Shown here piece by piece: positions 29,354-39,241 of a DNA stretch of 64,000 bases (positions are counted from its first letter, which is position 1; each line of letters starts with the position of its first letter). The DNA lies in assembly GCA_963843575.1 (NCBI GenBank), contig CAWJKZ010000014.1:640001-704000 (forward strand), in the 5' to 3' direction. The position numbers and the translations under genes were made by a program. Below the pieces are notes generated by a model. The model worked only from the letters and a program-made list of their open reading frames with translations. It was not told where the DNA came from and made no database searches. The stretch is from an uncultured Acidobacteriota bacterium. GTDB lineage: Bacteria; Acidobacteriota; UBA6911.

Positions 29354-30118
29354 TTAGAAAAAGCTCCGGACCAGCGACCCGACGACAAGATTCCAGCCGT
29401 CGACGAGGACAAACAGCAGGATCTTGAACGGAGTTGAGACCACTACGGGGGGCAGCTGCATCATCCCCATGGATAGGAGCACGGCGGCCACGACCATGTC
29501 GATCACCAGGAAAGGGATGAACAGCACAAACCCGATTTGAAACGCCGTCTTCAGCTCGGAGATCATGTAGCTTGGGATCACCACCCGCATCGGCAGGTCC
29601 CGGGCATTCTGCGGTTTCGGGATCTTCGCGATGTTCATGAAAAGCGCCAGGTCCTTCTCGCGTGTGTAGCGCAGCATGAACTGGCGCATCGGCCCGCTCG
29701 CCAGGTCCAGCGCCTGCATCTCGGTTACTTTCCCGCTCAGCATCGGCTGGAGAGCCTCCTGGTTGATGCGCTCGCCCACGGGCTGCATGATGAAGTAGGT
29801 CAGGAACAGCGACAGCCCGATCAGCACCTGGTTGGGCGGCATGGTCTGCGTCCCGAGCGCCTGGCGCAGAAAGTGGGAGACAATGATGAGGCGGGTGAAG
29901 GAGGTCACCGACACGAGCAGAGCGGGCAACAGCGCCAGCACCGTCATCAAAACCAGGATCTGAACGGGCAGACTGAGCCCCCCCTCGTTCCCGGAGCCTC
30001 CGCCGACGCGCAGTTCGATACCGGAAAAACTCTTCTCCGCCGGTGCCGCAGAGGCGGCCGAGGCAAGGGCAAGGATGATCAGGAGCAGGGCTGCGGCTCG
30101 CATGGATGATCCGGGCAT
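29354..30118 (-). CDS. fliP: Export gate protein FliP
   Basis: TSFTRLII, QTMPPNQVL, SELKTAFQIG, PFKILLFVLVDGW. Confidence 0.97.
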   Translation of the reverse strand: MPGSSMRAAALLLIILALASAASAAPAEKSFSGIELRVGGGSGNEGGLSLPVQILVLMTVLALLPALLVSVTSFTRLIIVSHFLRQALGTQTMPPNQVLIGLSLFLTYFIMQPVGERINQEALQPMLSGKVTEMQALDLASGPMRQFMLRYTREKDLALFMNIAKIPKPQNARDLPMRVVIPSYMISELKTAFQIGFVLFIPFLVIDMVVAAVLLSMGMMQLPPVVVSTPFKILLFVLVDGWNLVVGSLVRSFF

Positions 30119-30125
30119 GATGGCG

Positions 30126-31082
30126 TTACTGCTCCAGGCTTTCCCGCAGCTGCCGCATCTTGGCGCGCACGTCCGGCGGAAGGGTCTTGGGCCTCGCCTC
30201 ATTTCTCACGGTCGGGGCCTTCTCGATTTGGTAGATGTTGCGGAAGCGGTCGACCGCCGGCTTGGGGCGCGGAGCCACGGGTTGCTCTGAGGCCGCCTGC
30301 GCCCTGGAATCCTCCTCGACAGACAGCGGACCACGCAGCGCGGCTAGCAGCGTGATCTGGCCGGCCGTGTTGCCGATCAGAAAACGCTTGTCTTCCACCT
30401 GGATGACCGAGATGCTGCGCTTGTCGCCCATGGGGATGGTCTCCAGTACCTTGAGGCTCTTTTCCTGCGCCGCCTTCCTGAAGAGCTGCGGGGCAAACTT
30501 GCGGGTGCCGAAGACCGTCGCCCACATGAGGGCGACGACGATGCCGAACCCTCCGAGCACTCTGGTCAACGGGAAGTCTGCCGCCAGGCTGGGGATTTCT
30601 GCGGGCGCGGCCACCGGCGGCGGCACCACAGGAGCAGCAGGGGTGGCGGCCGGCGCTTCGGCTCCCGGGGGGGCGGCGGGTTGAGGCGCCTGCGCCCTCG
30701 ACGAGGCGGACTGACTGGTGCCAGCCTCCGGATCCGTCTCCTGCCCCGGAAGAGCCTGCGGCGCGATCGGCGGCGACAACGGCTCTGCCGCCACGGGCTG
30801 GGGGACCACCACGGCCGGCGTGGCGCTCTTTGTCCGGATATGCCGTCTCGGGGACGCCGTTTTGGGAGTCTGGGCGGCGGCCGGAGCAGGCACCGCCACC
30901 GCCGATCCCGGCGCCGTGGTTCTCGCCGCCTCGACGGCCGGCACCTCTTCCGAAGCCGCCGGACCCTGGTTTGAAATCAACGCTCCCGGCCGCGCGCCGG
31001 AGTCGAGACCCCAGGCACCGCAGACGAACAGTGCACACGCGGCAAGAGGCGGCATCAGCGACTTCTTCATGGGATTCTCCAT
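30126..31082 (-). CDS. fliO: FliO with long Pro/Ala-rich N-terminal extension
   Basis: TM followed by LKVLETIPMGDKRSISVIQVEDKRFLIG; between fliN and fliP. Confidence 0.8.
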   Translation of the reverse strand: MENPMKKSLMPPLAACALFVCGAWGLDSGARPGALISNQGPAASEEVPAVEAARTTAPGSAVAVPAPAAAQTPKTASPRRHIRTKSATPAVVVPQPVAAEPLSPPIAPQALPGQETDPEAGTSQSASSRAQAPQPAAPPGAEAPAATPAAPVVPPPVAAPAEIPSLAADFPLTRVLGGFGIVVALMWATVFGTRKFAPQLFRKAAQEKSLKVLETIPMGDKRSISVIQVEDKRFLIGNTAGQITLLAALRGPLSVEEDSRAQAASEQPVAPRPKPAVDRFRNIYQIEKAPTVRNEARPKTLPPDVRAKMRQLRESLEQ

Positions 31083-31366
31083 TATGCTTTTGTGTGGAGA
31101 TCAGTGAGGCGGATCCCCGTCCTGGCTTCCATCTCGAGCACCTCGCCGTAAGCCACCAGCTTCCCGCTGATGTAGACGTCGAGGTTTTCACCCGCGGACT
31201 TCGGCAAATCGAGGATGGAGTTTGGCTTCAACTGGAGGATTTCGCGCACCTTCATACTCCGGCGCCCCAGCTCGATCGTGACTTTGAGGGGCACGTCGAA
31301 CAGGTGCTGAATCTCTTCGGTGTGTCGTTGTGCGTCGCTTTCGTGCTGCGCGCTGGAATCGGGCAT
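31082..31366 (-). CDS. fliN: Second FliN/SpoA-domain protein
   Basis: DVPLKVTIELGR...AGENLDVYISGKLVAYGEV. Confidence 0.9.
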   Translation of the reverse strand: MPDSSAQHESDAQRHTEEIQHLFDVPLKVTIELGRRSMKVREILQLKPNSILDLPKSAGENLDVYISGKLVAYGEVLEMEARTGIRLTDLHTKA

Positions 31367-31394
31367 GGTGAACTCCGGAATAGGCAGGAGACCG

Positions 31395-31901
31395 CTACAT
31401 CTGGACCACGAAGTCGACGATATAAACCTCGCCGATCTTCCCTTTTGGCAACACGGCGTTGACCCTGGTGCGCACTTCCTCTCGCAGCCGGTTCTTTCCC
31501 TCGGCCGTCATGACCTGGTCTGCCGTCTTGCTGCTGAGCAGCGAGATGATGGTGTCCCGCGTGGCGGCGAGCACTACCGGATCCCCCGCCAGTTCCTCCC
31601 CCAGCTTTGCCTCGGCGAGGCCAAGCCGGAAGGTGACTTTGAGGAAACGGGGGTTGTCCGGATCCGCGAGGTTGACCAAGAACGGATCGAGGTTCAAGGT
31701 GGATTTCATCTCGAGCTTGCCGCTCGATTCGGGTTTGGCTGCGGCACCGGTGGCGGCCGCGGGCCCTCCTCGCGAGTGCTTGAAGTAGCGCCAGCTGGCG
31801 TAGCCGCCGCCGCTGGCCAGCACAACGGCGGCGCCGACGACCATCAGCAGCTTTCGTGATTTGGGCTTCTGCGGTTCAGTATCGGTCTTGGACTCGACCA
31901 T
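31395..31901 (-). CDS. fliL: Basal body-associated protein FliL
   Basis: N-terminal TM, LDPFLVNLAD, RDTIISLLSSK, EVYIVDFVVQ. Confidence 0.93.
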   Translation of the reverse strand: MVESKTDTEPQKPKSRKLLMVVGAAVVLASGGGYASWRYFKHSRGGPAAATGAAAKPESSGKLEMKSTLNLDPFLVNLADPDNPRFLKVTFRLGLAEAKLGEELAGDPVVLAATRDTIISLLSSKTADQVMTAEGKNRLREEVRTRVNAVLPKGKIGEVYIVDFVVQM

Positions 31902-31938
31902 GGCCGTCTCCTGTCACGGGTGGACTCACAGCAGCAAA

Positions 31939-31954
31939 TGCAAAACACATGCCA
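31939..31954 (-). promoter_or_regulatory. sigma54 promoter of fliL operon
   Basis: TGGCAT-GTGTT-TTGCA. Confidence 0.85.
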
Positions 31955-32082
31955 TGAGTCCCCCTGCCGGGCGTCGGCCGTGGCCGTGCGTAAATGCGGG
32001 GATTTTCAGCCATTCGGGAGGGGCCGGACCGGGATTGTCCGGCTTCTGCCGCGGCGAGCGCGGGCGCGGGTGTCAAGGGCTC

Positions 32083-33264
32083 TCAGCCCGTTGCCAATAT
32101 TTTGACGGTCTCCTCGGGACTGTCGGCAAAGCAGACCCTGTTGCGGCCCTCTCGTTTTGCGCGATACAGGGCGGCATCGGAAGCAAGTATCACCTGGTGC
32201 GCGTCGAGACCGTCGAAGGCGGTATACGAGGCGATGCCGATGCTGACGCTGAGGCGGACGTCCATCTGCGGAAAAACGAATGTGTGGTCGGCCACCGAGC
32301 ATCTCAAGTGCTCCGCCACCCGGTGGGCGCCGGACGCCGGCGTGTTCGGCAGCAGTATCGTGAACTCCTCTCCGCCATAGCGGGCCACGAAATCGGTGAC
32401 CCTTAGCCTCGACCGCAGCAAGACGGCCACCTGGCGCAGGGCGTCGTCACCCGCCTGGTGGCCGAGGGTGTCGTTAACCCGCTTGAAGAAATCCAAGTCC
32501 AGCATCAGGCAGCTCAAGGTCCCACCGTAACGCCGGCAGCGCGCCACTTCGGCCTCGAGCTGTTCCATGAGGCGCCTCCGGTTATGGAGACCTGTCGCTT
32601 CGTCCGTGTTCGCCTGTTCCTTGAGGCGTTGGTTCAGCTGCGTCAGCCGCAGGTCCCTCTGACGTAACTGCTCGTTGGCGGCCGACAGTTGCTGCCTCGT
32701 AAGGATGTTCTGCAGCGAAGATGACAGGTGGGCGGAGACGAGACACGCCAGGTGGTAGTCGATCTTGCTGAAACGTTTGGGGCGTGTGGATTCGATGTGC
32801 AGGGCCGCAAAGACCTCGCCCATGGCCTGGCACGGCAACACTATGACCGAAGCGGCCCCGTGCGGTGTTCCGGCCGGGTTCCCGCGTCTGGCCGTCGTGA
32901 CGTCGGAGATCCACAGCGGCGCGCCCGCCTTGAGCACACTACCTACGTAACCCTGGTCAAGCGGAAAGGTCTCATAGTTGTCACGGTCGCCGGACCCGGA
33001 CAGCGCCCAGCGGCGGTAGGATCTGCCGTTCCTGAAGCAGATGTACACCGACTCTTCGGGGAGCCAGTTCTGGAAGGTGTCCCCGAGGCACCGTTTGAGC
33101 TCCTCGAGGTCCTCCGCCACGTTCATGCGCGTGGCCAGTTCGTTCATGGCCAGCAGGTCCCGATAGACTTCGAGCCCGCGTTCCTCGGTAGGAACGCTTT
33201 CGCGCAGGGCCTTCAGAAACCCTTTGCTGCGGATCGCAGGTGGGGGGACAACGCCATAGCTCAT
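32083..33264 (-). CDS. GAF-GGDEF diguanylate cyclase
   Basis: GAF region, coiled coil, DLDFFKRVNDTLGH, RVTD I-site, YGGEEF active site. Confidence 0.92.
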   Translation of the reverse strand: MSYGVVPPPAIRSKGFLKALRESVPTEERGLEVYRDLLAMNELATRMNVAEDLEELKRCLGDTFQNWLPEESVYICFRNGRSYRRWALSGSGDRDNYETFPLDQGYVGSVLKAGAPLWISDVTTARRGNPAGTPHGAASVIVLPCQAMGEVFAALHIESTRPKRFSKIDYHLACLVSAHLSSSLQNILTRQQLSAANEQLRQRDLRLTQLNQRLKEQANTDEATGLHNRRRLMEQLEAEVARCRRYGGTLSCLMLDLDFFKRVNDTLGHQAGDDALRQVAVLLRSRLRVTDFVARYGGEEFTILLPNTPASGAHRVAEHLRCSVADHTFVFPQMDVRLSVSIGIASYTAFDGLDAHQVILASDAALYRAKREGRNRVCFADSPEETVKILATG

Positions 33265-33345
33265 CTCCGGTGCGAGCTGCCGGCACCTCTTCCGGGCAAG
33301 CGGCAGCCAGGGACACGCCCTGACCGCCGTCGCTCAGTGCCGGGA

Positions 33346-34599
33346 TTAGCGCTTCATGTTGATCGCATCCTGGTAAAGCTCGTCCGTGGTGCTGATGACC
33401 CGGGAGTTCGCCTGATAGCCTCTCTGTGCGATGATCAGGGTCGTGAACTCCTGAGCGATGTCCACGTTGGACTGCTCGAGCGAGCTGCCGCTGATGGTTC
33501 CGCGTCCACCGCTCCCCGGGGCGCCTACAGACGCTTCCCCGGAGGCGAGCGAACTCACGAAGGTGGTCCCTTTGAATTTCAGCAGACCCTCGACGTTGGC
33601 GAAATTTGCCAGCGCGAGCTGTGCGATCGCCTGCACCTGGCCGTTGTCATAGATGCCGTTGACGACGCCCGTGTTGTCGAAGCTGATGTCCTTCAGCACG
33701 CTCGAGGTGTAGCCGTCCTGATTTGTGGATGACACCGCCGAGATCGAGGCGAATCCCGTCAGCCGGGGCGTGCCGCTGTCGTCGAGGAGCCCGAGGCTGA
33801 TCGGTCAAGTCGGCGGCGCCGCTCGCCAGGCCGGTGATCGTAAGATCGGGGTTGTCGGTCGGCGCCGTGAGGATCCCGTTCTCATCGAAAGTCAAGGCTG
33901 CCGTTGCCTACCGACACGGGCGGCGCCGTCGCCAACCCTCCGGTGTCCACCGCCGGAATCGTTGCATCCCAGTTCCACGCGCCCGGCCCGGTATTGGTGA
34001 ACGTCAGGGTGACCGCGTGGGTCGCGCCCACGGAGTCAAAGACCTGGACCGCGGCGGAAAAGGCGTCCGTTGACGGCCGTCCGGCTGTCGAGATTCGCGA
34101 CGATGCTGGCGGAGGAGGTGGTCTTCGGAGGCATCGCGCTTCCCTTGAGCACCGTGATCGGCACGAGCACGCTGTTCTGCCCGACGACGCCGTCGACCGC
34201 CGGATACCCGAGCACCTGGAAACCCTCCGCGCTGACAAGCTTACCGTCGCGCGTCAGCCCGAAGTTGCCGGCGCTCGAGTACGCCTCCCCGTCCCCGGTC
34301 GAAACGATGAAGAACCCGTTACCGCTGACGGCCGCGTCGGTCGATTTGCCCGTGTACTGGATCGAACCCTGGCTGAAGAAGGGCGACACGCTGGGGACAA
34401 AACTGCCCAGCCCTATCTGGATCGGGTTGCCGTTCCCGGAGCTGTCGCTCGAACTGCTGAGGAGCTCGGCAAACGTGGCCTTGCTGGCCTTGTACCCCGT
34501 TGAGTTGATGTTGGCGAGGTTGTTGCCGATGACATTGAGCTGCAGTGCGTTGTTGTTGAGACCCGTCAACGCTGCGTTGAAGGCGGATGTGAGAGGCAT
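33346..34599 (-). CDS. flgE: Hook protein FlgE (several frameshifts 33700-34070)
   Basis: [47 protein letters not shown]. Confidence 0.93.
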
Positions 34600-34612
34600 T
34601 TGTGTCTCCTGT

Positions 34613-34902
34613 TTACGCGGATTGGGTTGTTCGGTACCGGTGCCGGTGGCCGGGTCGATGAACTCCGTTATGCTGGTGACCCCTTTGTTTATGGCAATCA
34701 ACTGCTCGAGCGAACTGAACGTGGCCAGCTGGGCCACGAATTCTTCGTTCTTTAGCGGATTCAGGGGATCCTGATTCTGCAGCTGGGCGACGAGGAGTTT
34801 CAGGAACTCGTCCTTTCCGAGCTCCTGCAGGTCTTTCGGTGGTCGTTGTCGCGTGTCGCTTGCGGCTGTCGGGGTATAGCTGATCGAGTTTATGCCGGTC
34901 AT
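34613..34902 (-). CDS. flgD: Short hook-capping protein FlgD (N-terminal domain only)
   Basis: [22 protein letters not shown]...[13 protein letters not shown]; probable 3' frameshift. Confidence 0.9.
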
Positions 34903-35402
34903 TATGTGAGCTCCGTGGAAGGCACACGCGGGAGAGGCTTGCCGGTGGAGTCCACCGGACAGCTGGTGACCCAGTTGAGATCCATGTTAGCGGGAACGGT
35001 ACCCGTCCAGTCGAGCGTCACGAGGGCCGCCTCCGAATACGTTTCCACAAATTTCGTCCGCGCCGCCGGGTTGGACGCCCACTCGCCCGGCGCGTGCGTG
35101 CTGAAGTAGACTGCCCACTCCGAATCGCCCCCCACGTCCAGGACCTGCCGCGTCTCGGCGGCGAACGGGTTGGTGGCTGCCGGGGAGGTGCGGCTTGATG
35201 CCTCCGAGGTGGTGCTGACGCTGGGGGTCTGGGCATCCCGCGATGTCGCGACGGGCTCCCGGACCGAGGCGTTCACTTGCGCGGTCGCCGAAGCGAGGCT
35301 GTGTGAGAATTTGCCCTCGGTCGACTCGGACTTCTGCGCAATCCCCCGCGCTACCGCTGATGACACCGCCATACCGGACATGTTCGGGAATTCGGTTCTC
35401 AC
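34902..35402 (-). CDS. Unknown 166-aa protein heading the flgD-flgE operon
   Basis: RBS GGAG, GTG start, stop overlaps flgD start (TAATG); no family recognised. Confidence 0.7.
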   Translation of the reverse strand: MRTEFPNMSGMAVSSAVARGIAQKSESTEGKFSHSLASATAQVNASVREPVATSRDAQTPSVSTTSEASSRTSPAATNPFAAETRQVLDVGGDSEWAVYFSTHAPGEWASNPAARTKFVETYSEAALVTLDWTGTVPANMDLNWVTSCPVDSTGKPLPRVPSTELT

Positions 35403-35460
35403 GGATCGCTTCTCCTATAGGGTGTTTGTTGTCTCGCCGGACCCGCGCGCAACAAGTTGG

Positions 35461-35476
35461 TGCAAGTCGCGTGCCA
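35461..35476 (-). promoter_or_regulatory. sigma54 promoter of orf166-flgD-flgE
   Basis: TGGCAC-GCGAC-TTGCA. Confidence 0.88.
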
Positions 35477-35577
35477 ATCCGAGGCATTCCCGCGGACAGG
35501 GGTGGCAACGTGCTCGTAATGCTTCGTTTGAAGGTGTTTCCCGTCGCGGTGTGTCGTTGGACATCAGGATCTCCCGA

Positions 35578-35608
35578 GGCAAGAGTTGCCGGGTAGGCAG
35601 TTTATGCA
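35578..35608. promoter_or_regulatory. Putative enhancer pair for flgD operon
   Basis: GGCAAGAGTTGCC and GGCAGTTTATGCA. Confidence 0.55.
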
Positions 35609-37445
35609 ACGGTGTGAAACGTACTGTTCGGGCCGAGCACGCCCAGGACAGATGGATCTACGGCGATTTCACCCGACGGCCCCGCGGAGACATCGGGGTG
35701 GGAGGTCCCGGTCCTGCGCTCTGACCACGATCCCGCCTGGTGTTGCTGTCCCGCCGACTGGCGCGGGTCAAAGGGCTGGGCGATCACGTCGAGGCGATCC
35801 ACCCGCAGGCCCTGATCGTGGAGCGCTTGCTCGAGGACGTGAAGGTTGCCTTCAAGGTATTGTTTGACGGCTGTCGACTCCGTCACGATTCGGGCCACGA
35901 CGCCGGCGACCCCGGGCTCGGCGCTGATCTCGAGCCGGCCCAGGTGCGCGGGCCTCAGCTGAATGCGCAACCCGTTCACCCCGCTTTCCGTCTGGGCCTG
36001 GATGCGCTCCGCGAGTTGCACGATGAACTCGTGCTGGGGCGAGGTGGCGACGGCGGGCGCCGACCGGAGCGTGGACGCGCGCGCCGACCCGGAAACGGCA
36101 TACCCTGCCGCCAGGACCGTGGTTTGCACCGACTCCTGCGGCTGCCGGCGTGCGAGCGGTTCGAACGAGCCGCGCGCCGGAATCCGCGATGCCCCGGTCG
36201 AAGAGCTTCCGAAGCGTTGGGTCTCGGGCTGCAACCTGGACGCGTCGATCCCGCCCCTGTCGTCCGAGGGAGCCGCGGCCTGGGTTTCCGCTTTCGCCGG
36301 CGCGCGCTCACCCCCTGGGGCCCCCTTGTTCGCCGAATTGTCCGGAGCTGCAGGGGCCTCGATCCGTACGGCAGGCTCGGCCAGCCGCGGGAACGAGACT
36401 GATTCCCCCGAAGCCTCGGCCTTAACTGCAGCCTCTGCGGACCAGGGTTCGGCGGGAGTGGCCCGGTCGGACTCGACTACCCCCGCGCGCCCGACGGCTT
36501 TTTCCTGGGTGGAGCGGACTAGCGGCTCTCCTGGGGTGGGTCCGGCCGCGCCATTCGGTCGGACACGGCGACGTTTGGCAGGCTCCCGTCCGACGCAGCG
36601 TCGAGTCGTGAAATCTGGCCGCGCGTCGCCTCCACGAGGGCCTGGCCGCGGGATAGCAGCAACCCACTGCTGCCCAGCCCGGGGGCCTGTTCTGGCAACG
36701 AGAGGGACCCGACCAGACGTCCGTCCCGAACAGCGGACGGGGCTCCCGCGCCGGAATCGGATGGCACTTCGGGCGAAGCGGCTGGGGTGTCGTCCGTGGC
36801 AGCTTGCGCCGCGGGCGTGGCAGCTTGCGCCGCGGGCGTGGCAGCTTGCGCCGCGGGCGTGGCAGCTTGCGCCGCGGGCGTGGCAGCTTGCGCCACGGGC
36901 ATGGCGGCTTGCACCGCGGGCGTGGCAGCTTGCGCCACGGGCATGGCGGCTTGCACCGCGGGCGTGGCAGCTTGCGCCACGGGCATGGCGGCTTGCACCG
37001 CGGGCGTGGCAGCTTGCACCGCGGGCGTGGCGCAGGTCGGGTCGGGCTGCATGTCACAGAGCGGAAACAGCGGCACGGTCGCGGCGAGTGACAGGACGGG
37101 CGCTGCCTGACTTTCCTGGGCCTGCTCAGGATCGGCATTCCCGTCCGGCGGGCTTTCGACAATCGAGGTCGAGCCGGCTTCCGCCGAGATCTCGGTTTCA
37201 GAAGAGTGACCGCCGATGCCGAGGTCCGGCTCAAGCACACCACGGTTCAATAAGATGCCGGCGAGCTGCCCATCGACTTGAGGGTCGGCATCACATTGCT
37301 CCGGGGTCCGCGGCTCCAGTGCCGCACCCGCTTCATTCATCACCGACAGAAAGCCTCCACCGCGATCGGCTTCGGGATCGGCCCGCTCGGTTGCTTCGCC
37401 TGCTGCGGCGGTGGGGAACGGGGTTGCCAGCACATCGATTCTCAC
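35602..37445 (-). CDS. fliK: Hook-length control protein FliK (about 610 aa, frameshifted at about 36550-36780)
   Basis: RBS AAGGAG + GTG after fliJ; Ala/Pro/Ser-rich ruler; C-terminal LRIQLRPAHLGRLEI...LEQALHDQGLRV domain. Confidence 0.85.
36795..37031. repeat. 21-bp in-frame tandem repeat (about 11 copies) inside fliK
   Basis: Units GTGGCAGCTTGCGCCGCGGGC and variants encode ATPAAQA/ATPAVQA/AMPVAQA. Confidence 0.95.
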
Positions 37446-37464
37446 GGTGTCTCCTTGGACAGAG

Positions 37465-37911
37465 CTAGTCCTGCCGCCGACCGAGTCGCGAGACCACAAT
37501 TTCGTCGACCGTCTTTTGATCCTGTCGGTTCAGTTCCGTCATGAACTCGGTTCGCTTCCTGGCCTTCAGCGTCTCGATGACCTTCTTGTTCCTGGATGCC
37601 GCGAGCACGGCGTTTTTTTGTTCCTGCAGCTCTTTCTCGAGTCGAACGATGTTGCCGTCGATCGCGTCCGCCTCGCGGCGCAGCCGTTCGAGATAGGGGT
37701 AATAAAGACGGATCTCGTCCTGTTCGGAATTGACGCGCCTCAGCGCTTCCAGCTCACCGAGCGCCTCCAGGTGCTTGCGCACGACCTGTTCCCGGCGCAG
37801 CTGCTCGTTCTGGAGGTTGAACCGGATGCGCGACAGGATGGTCTTTTCCCTTTCTTCGATGTTACCGCGGTGCCGCAGCAGCGTTTCAAGGCTGAAGGAG
37901 AATCCCTTCAT
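37465..37911 (-). CDS. fliJ: Export protein FliJ
   Basis: MKGFSFSLETLLRHR...KKVIETLK...DQKTVDE; after fliI. Confidence 0.9.
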   Translation of the reverse strand: MKGFSFSLETLLRHRGNIEEREKTILSRIRFNLQNEQLRREQVVRKHLEALGELEALRRVNSEQDEIRLYYPYLERLRREADAIDGNIVRLEKELQEQKNAVLAASRNKKVIETLKARKRTEFMTELNRQDQKTVDEIVVSRLGRRQD

Positions 37912-37912
37912 C

Positions 37913-39241
37913 TCACTTCTCCCGGGCGACGTCCTCGACCGCCGAGAGGGCGGCTTCGATGCCTACCCGCTCGTCGCTCCGTTGCCTGAGGCAGGCGTTC
38001 ACGGCATCGATTTTCTTCAGCGCCTGGTCGATTTTGGGATTGCTTCCCTTGACGTAGGCCCCGATGTTGAGCATGTCCTCAGCCTTGTAGTAGGTCGACA
38101 GCCACTCGCGCACCCGGCCCGCCTTCTCCAGGGCAGCCTGCGAGACGAGGTCGGGCATGAGACGGCTGACGCTGGCAAGGATGTCTATGCAGGGGTAGTG
38201 ATTCCGCCAGGCAAGCTCGCGGCTGAGCACGATGTGCCCGTCGAGCAGCGACCGAACGGCGTCGGCCACCGGCTCGTTCATGTCATCCCCTTCGACCAGC
38301 ACCGTGTAGAACCCGGTAATGCTCCCGCCCGAGCGGAAGTTGCCGGCTCGTTCCAGCAACCGTGGCAGCAACGAGAAGACCGAAGGGGTGTACCCCTTGG
38401 CCGAGGGGGGTTCCCCCGCCGCAAGCCCCACTTCGCGCTGGGCCATGGCAAACCGGGTCAACGAGTCCATCACGAGCAGCACGTCTTTGCCCTGATCCCG
38501 GAAATACTCGGCGATCGTCGTCGCGACGAGGGCGGCACGGATTCTCAGCAGGGGGGGCTGATCGGAGGTGGAAACGACGACCACCGAACGCTTCAGCCCT
38601 TCCTCCCCGAGGTCTTTCTCGATAAAGCCGCGGACTTCACGGCCACGCTCGCCCACCAGCGAGATGATGTTGACGTCGGCGGAGGTGAACCGGGCCATCA
38701 TGCCGAGCAGGGTGCTCTTCCCAACCCCGCTGCCCCCGAAGATGCCGATCCGCTGGCCTTTGCCGCAGGTCAGCAGGCCGTCGATCGCACGGATGCCCGT
38801 CCCCAGCATCTCGTCGATGTTCTGACGTTCGAGGGGATTGGTGCCGGAATGCTGCAGCGGGTATCGTTCGGCAGCCGCGATCGGCCCGAGGCCGTCGATA
38901 GGATTACCGAGCGCATCGATGACACGGCCCAGGAGCGCCGACGACACGGGCACGGTCGCCTGCTTTTTGCGGCAGACCACCTTGTCACCGAGTTTCACCC
39001 CGTCCACCTTGAAGAGCGGCATCGACACGACGTAGTTGTCCCGGAAGCCGATAACCTCGGCCGGAATCGCTTCGGTGCCATCGCCGCCCGCGATCTCACA
39101 GAGCTCACCCACCGAAACCGGGGGTCCCTGGGATTCGACGACGATCCCTATGGCCCGTTTCACCGACCCGACCGTCTTGATCAGGTTCATGTGGCGGAGC
39201 TTTTCCAGGTAGACGCTCAGGTCGATCTCCGGGTCGCTCAT
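37913..39241 (-). CDS. fliI: Flagellar export ATPase FliI
   Basis: GGSGVGKST, LVGERGREV, MDSLTRFAMAQRE, LLERAG. Confidence 0.97.
   Translation of the reverse strand: MSDPEIDLSVYLEKLRHMNLIKTVGSVKRAIGIVVESQGPPVSVGELCEIAGGDGTEAIPAEVIGFRDNYVVSMPLFKVDGVKLGDKVVCRKKQATVPVSSALLGRVIDALGNPIDGLGPIAAAERYPLQHSGTNPLERQNIDEMLGTGIRAIDGLLTCGKGQRIGIFGGSGVGKSTLLGMMARFTSADVNIISLVGERGREVRGFIEKDLGEEGLKRSVVVVSTSDQPPLLRIRAALVATTIAEYFRDQGKDVLLVMDSLTRFAMAQREVGLAAGEPPSAKGYTPSVFSLLPRLLERAGNFRSGGSITGFYTVLVEGDDMNEPVADAVRSLLDGHIVLSRELAWRNHYPCIDILASVSRLMPDLVSQAALEKAGRVREWLSTYYKAEDMLNIGAYVKGSNPKIDQALKKIDAVNACLRQRSDERVGIEAALSAVEDVAREK

Noticed and set aside
34036-34902. FlgD-FlgE fusion
   Set aside because: AGGAG RBS and ATG at 34599 plus a TAA just upstream in an adjacent frame; best explained by an indel near the flgD 3' end (confirm with reads)
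36795-37031. CRISPR array
   Set aside because: Head-to-tail repeats with no spacers, in frame within fliK, and no cas genes
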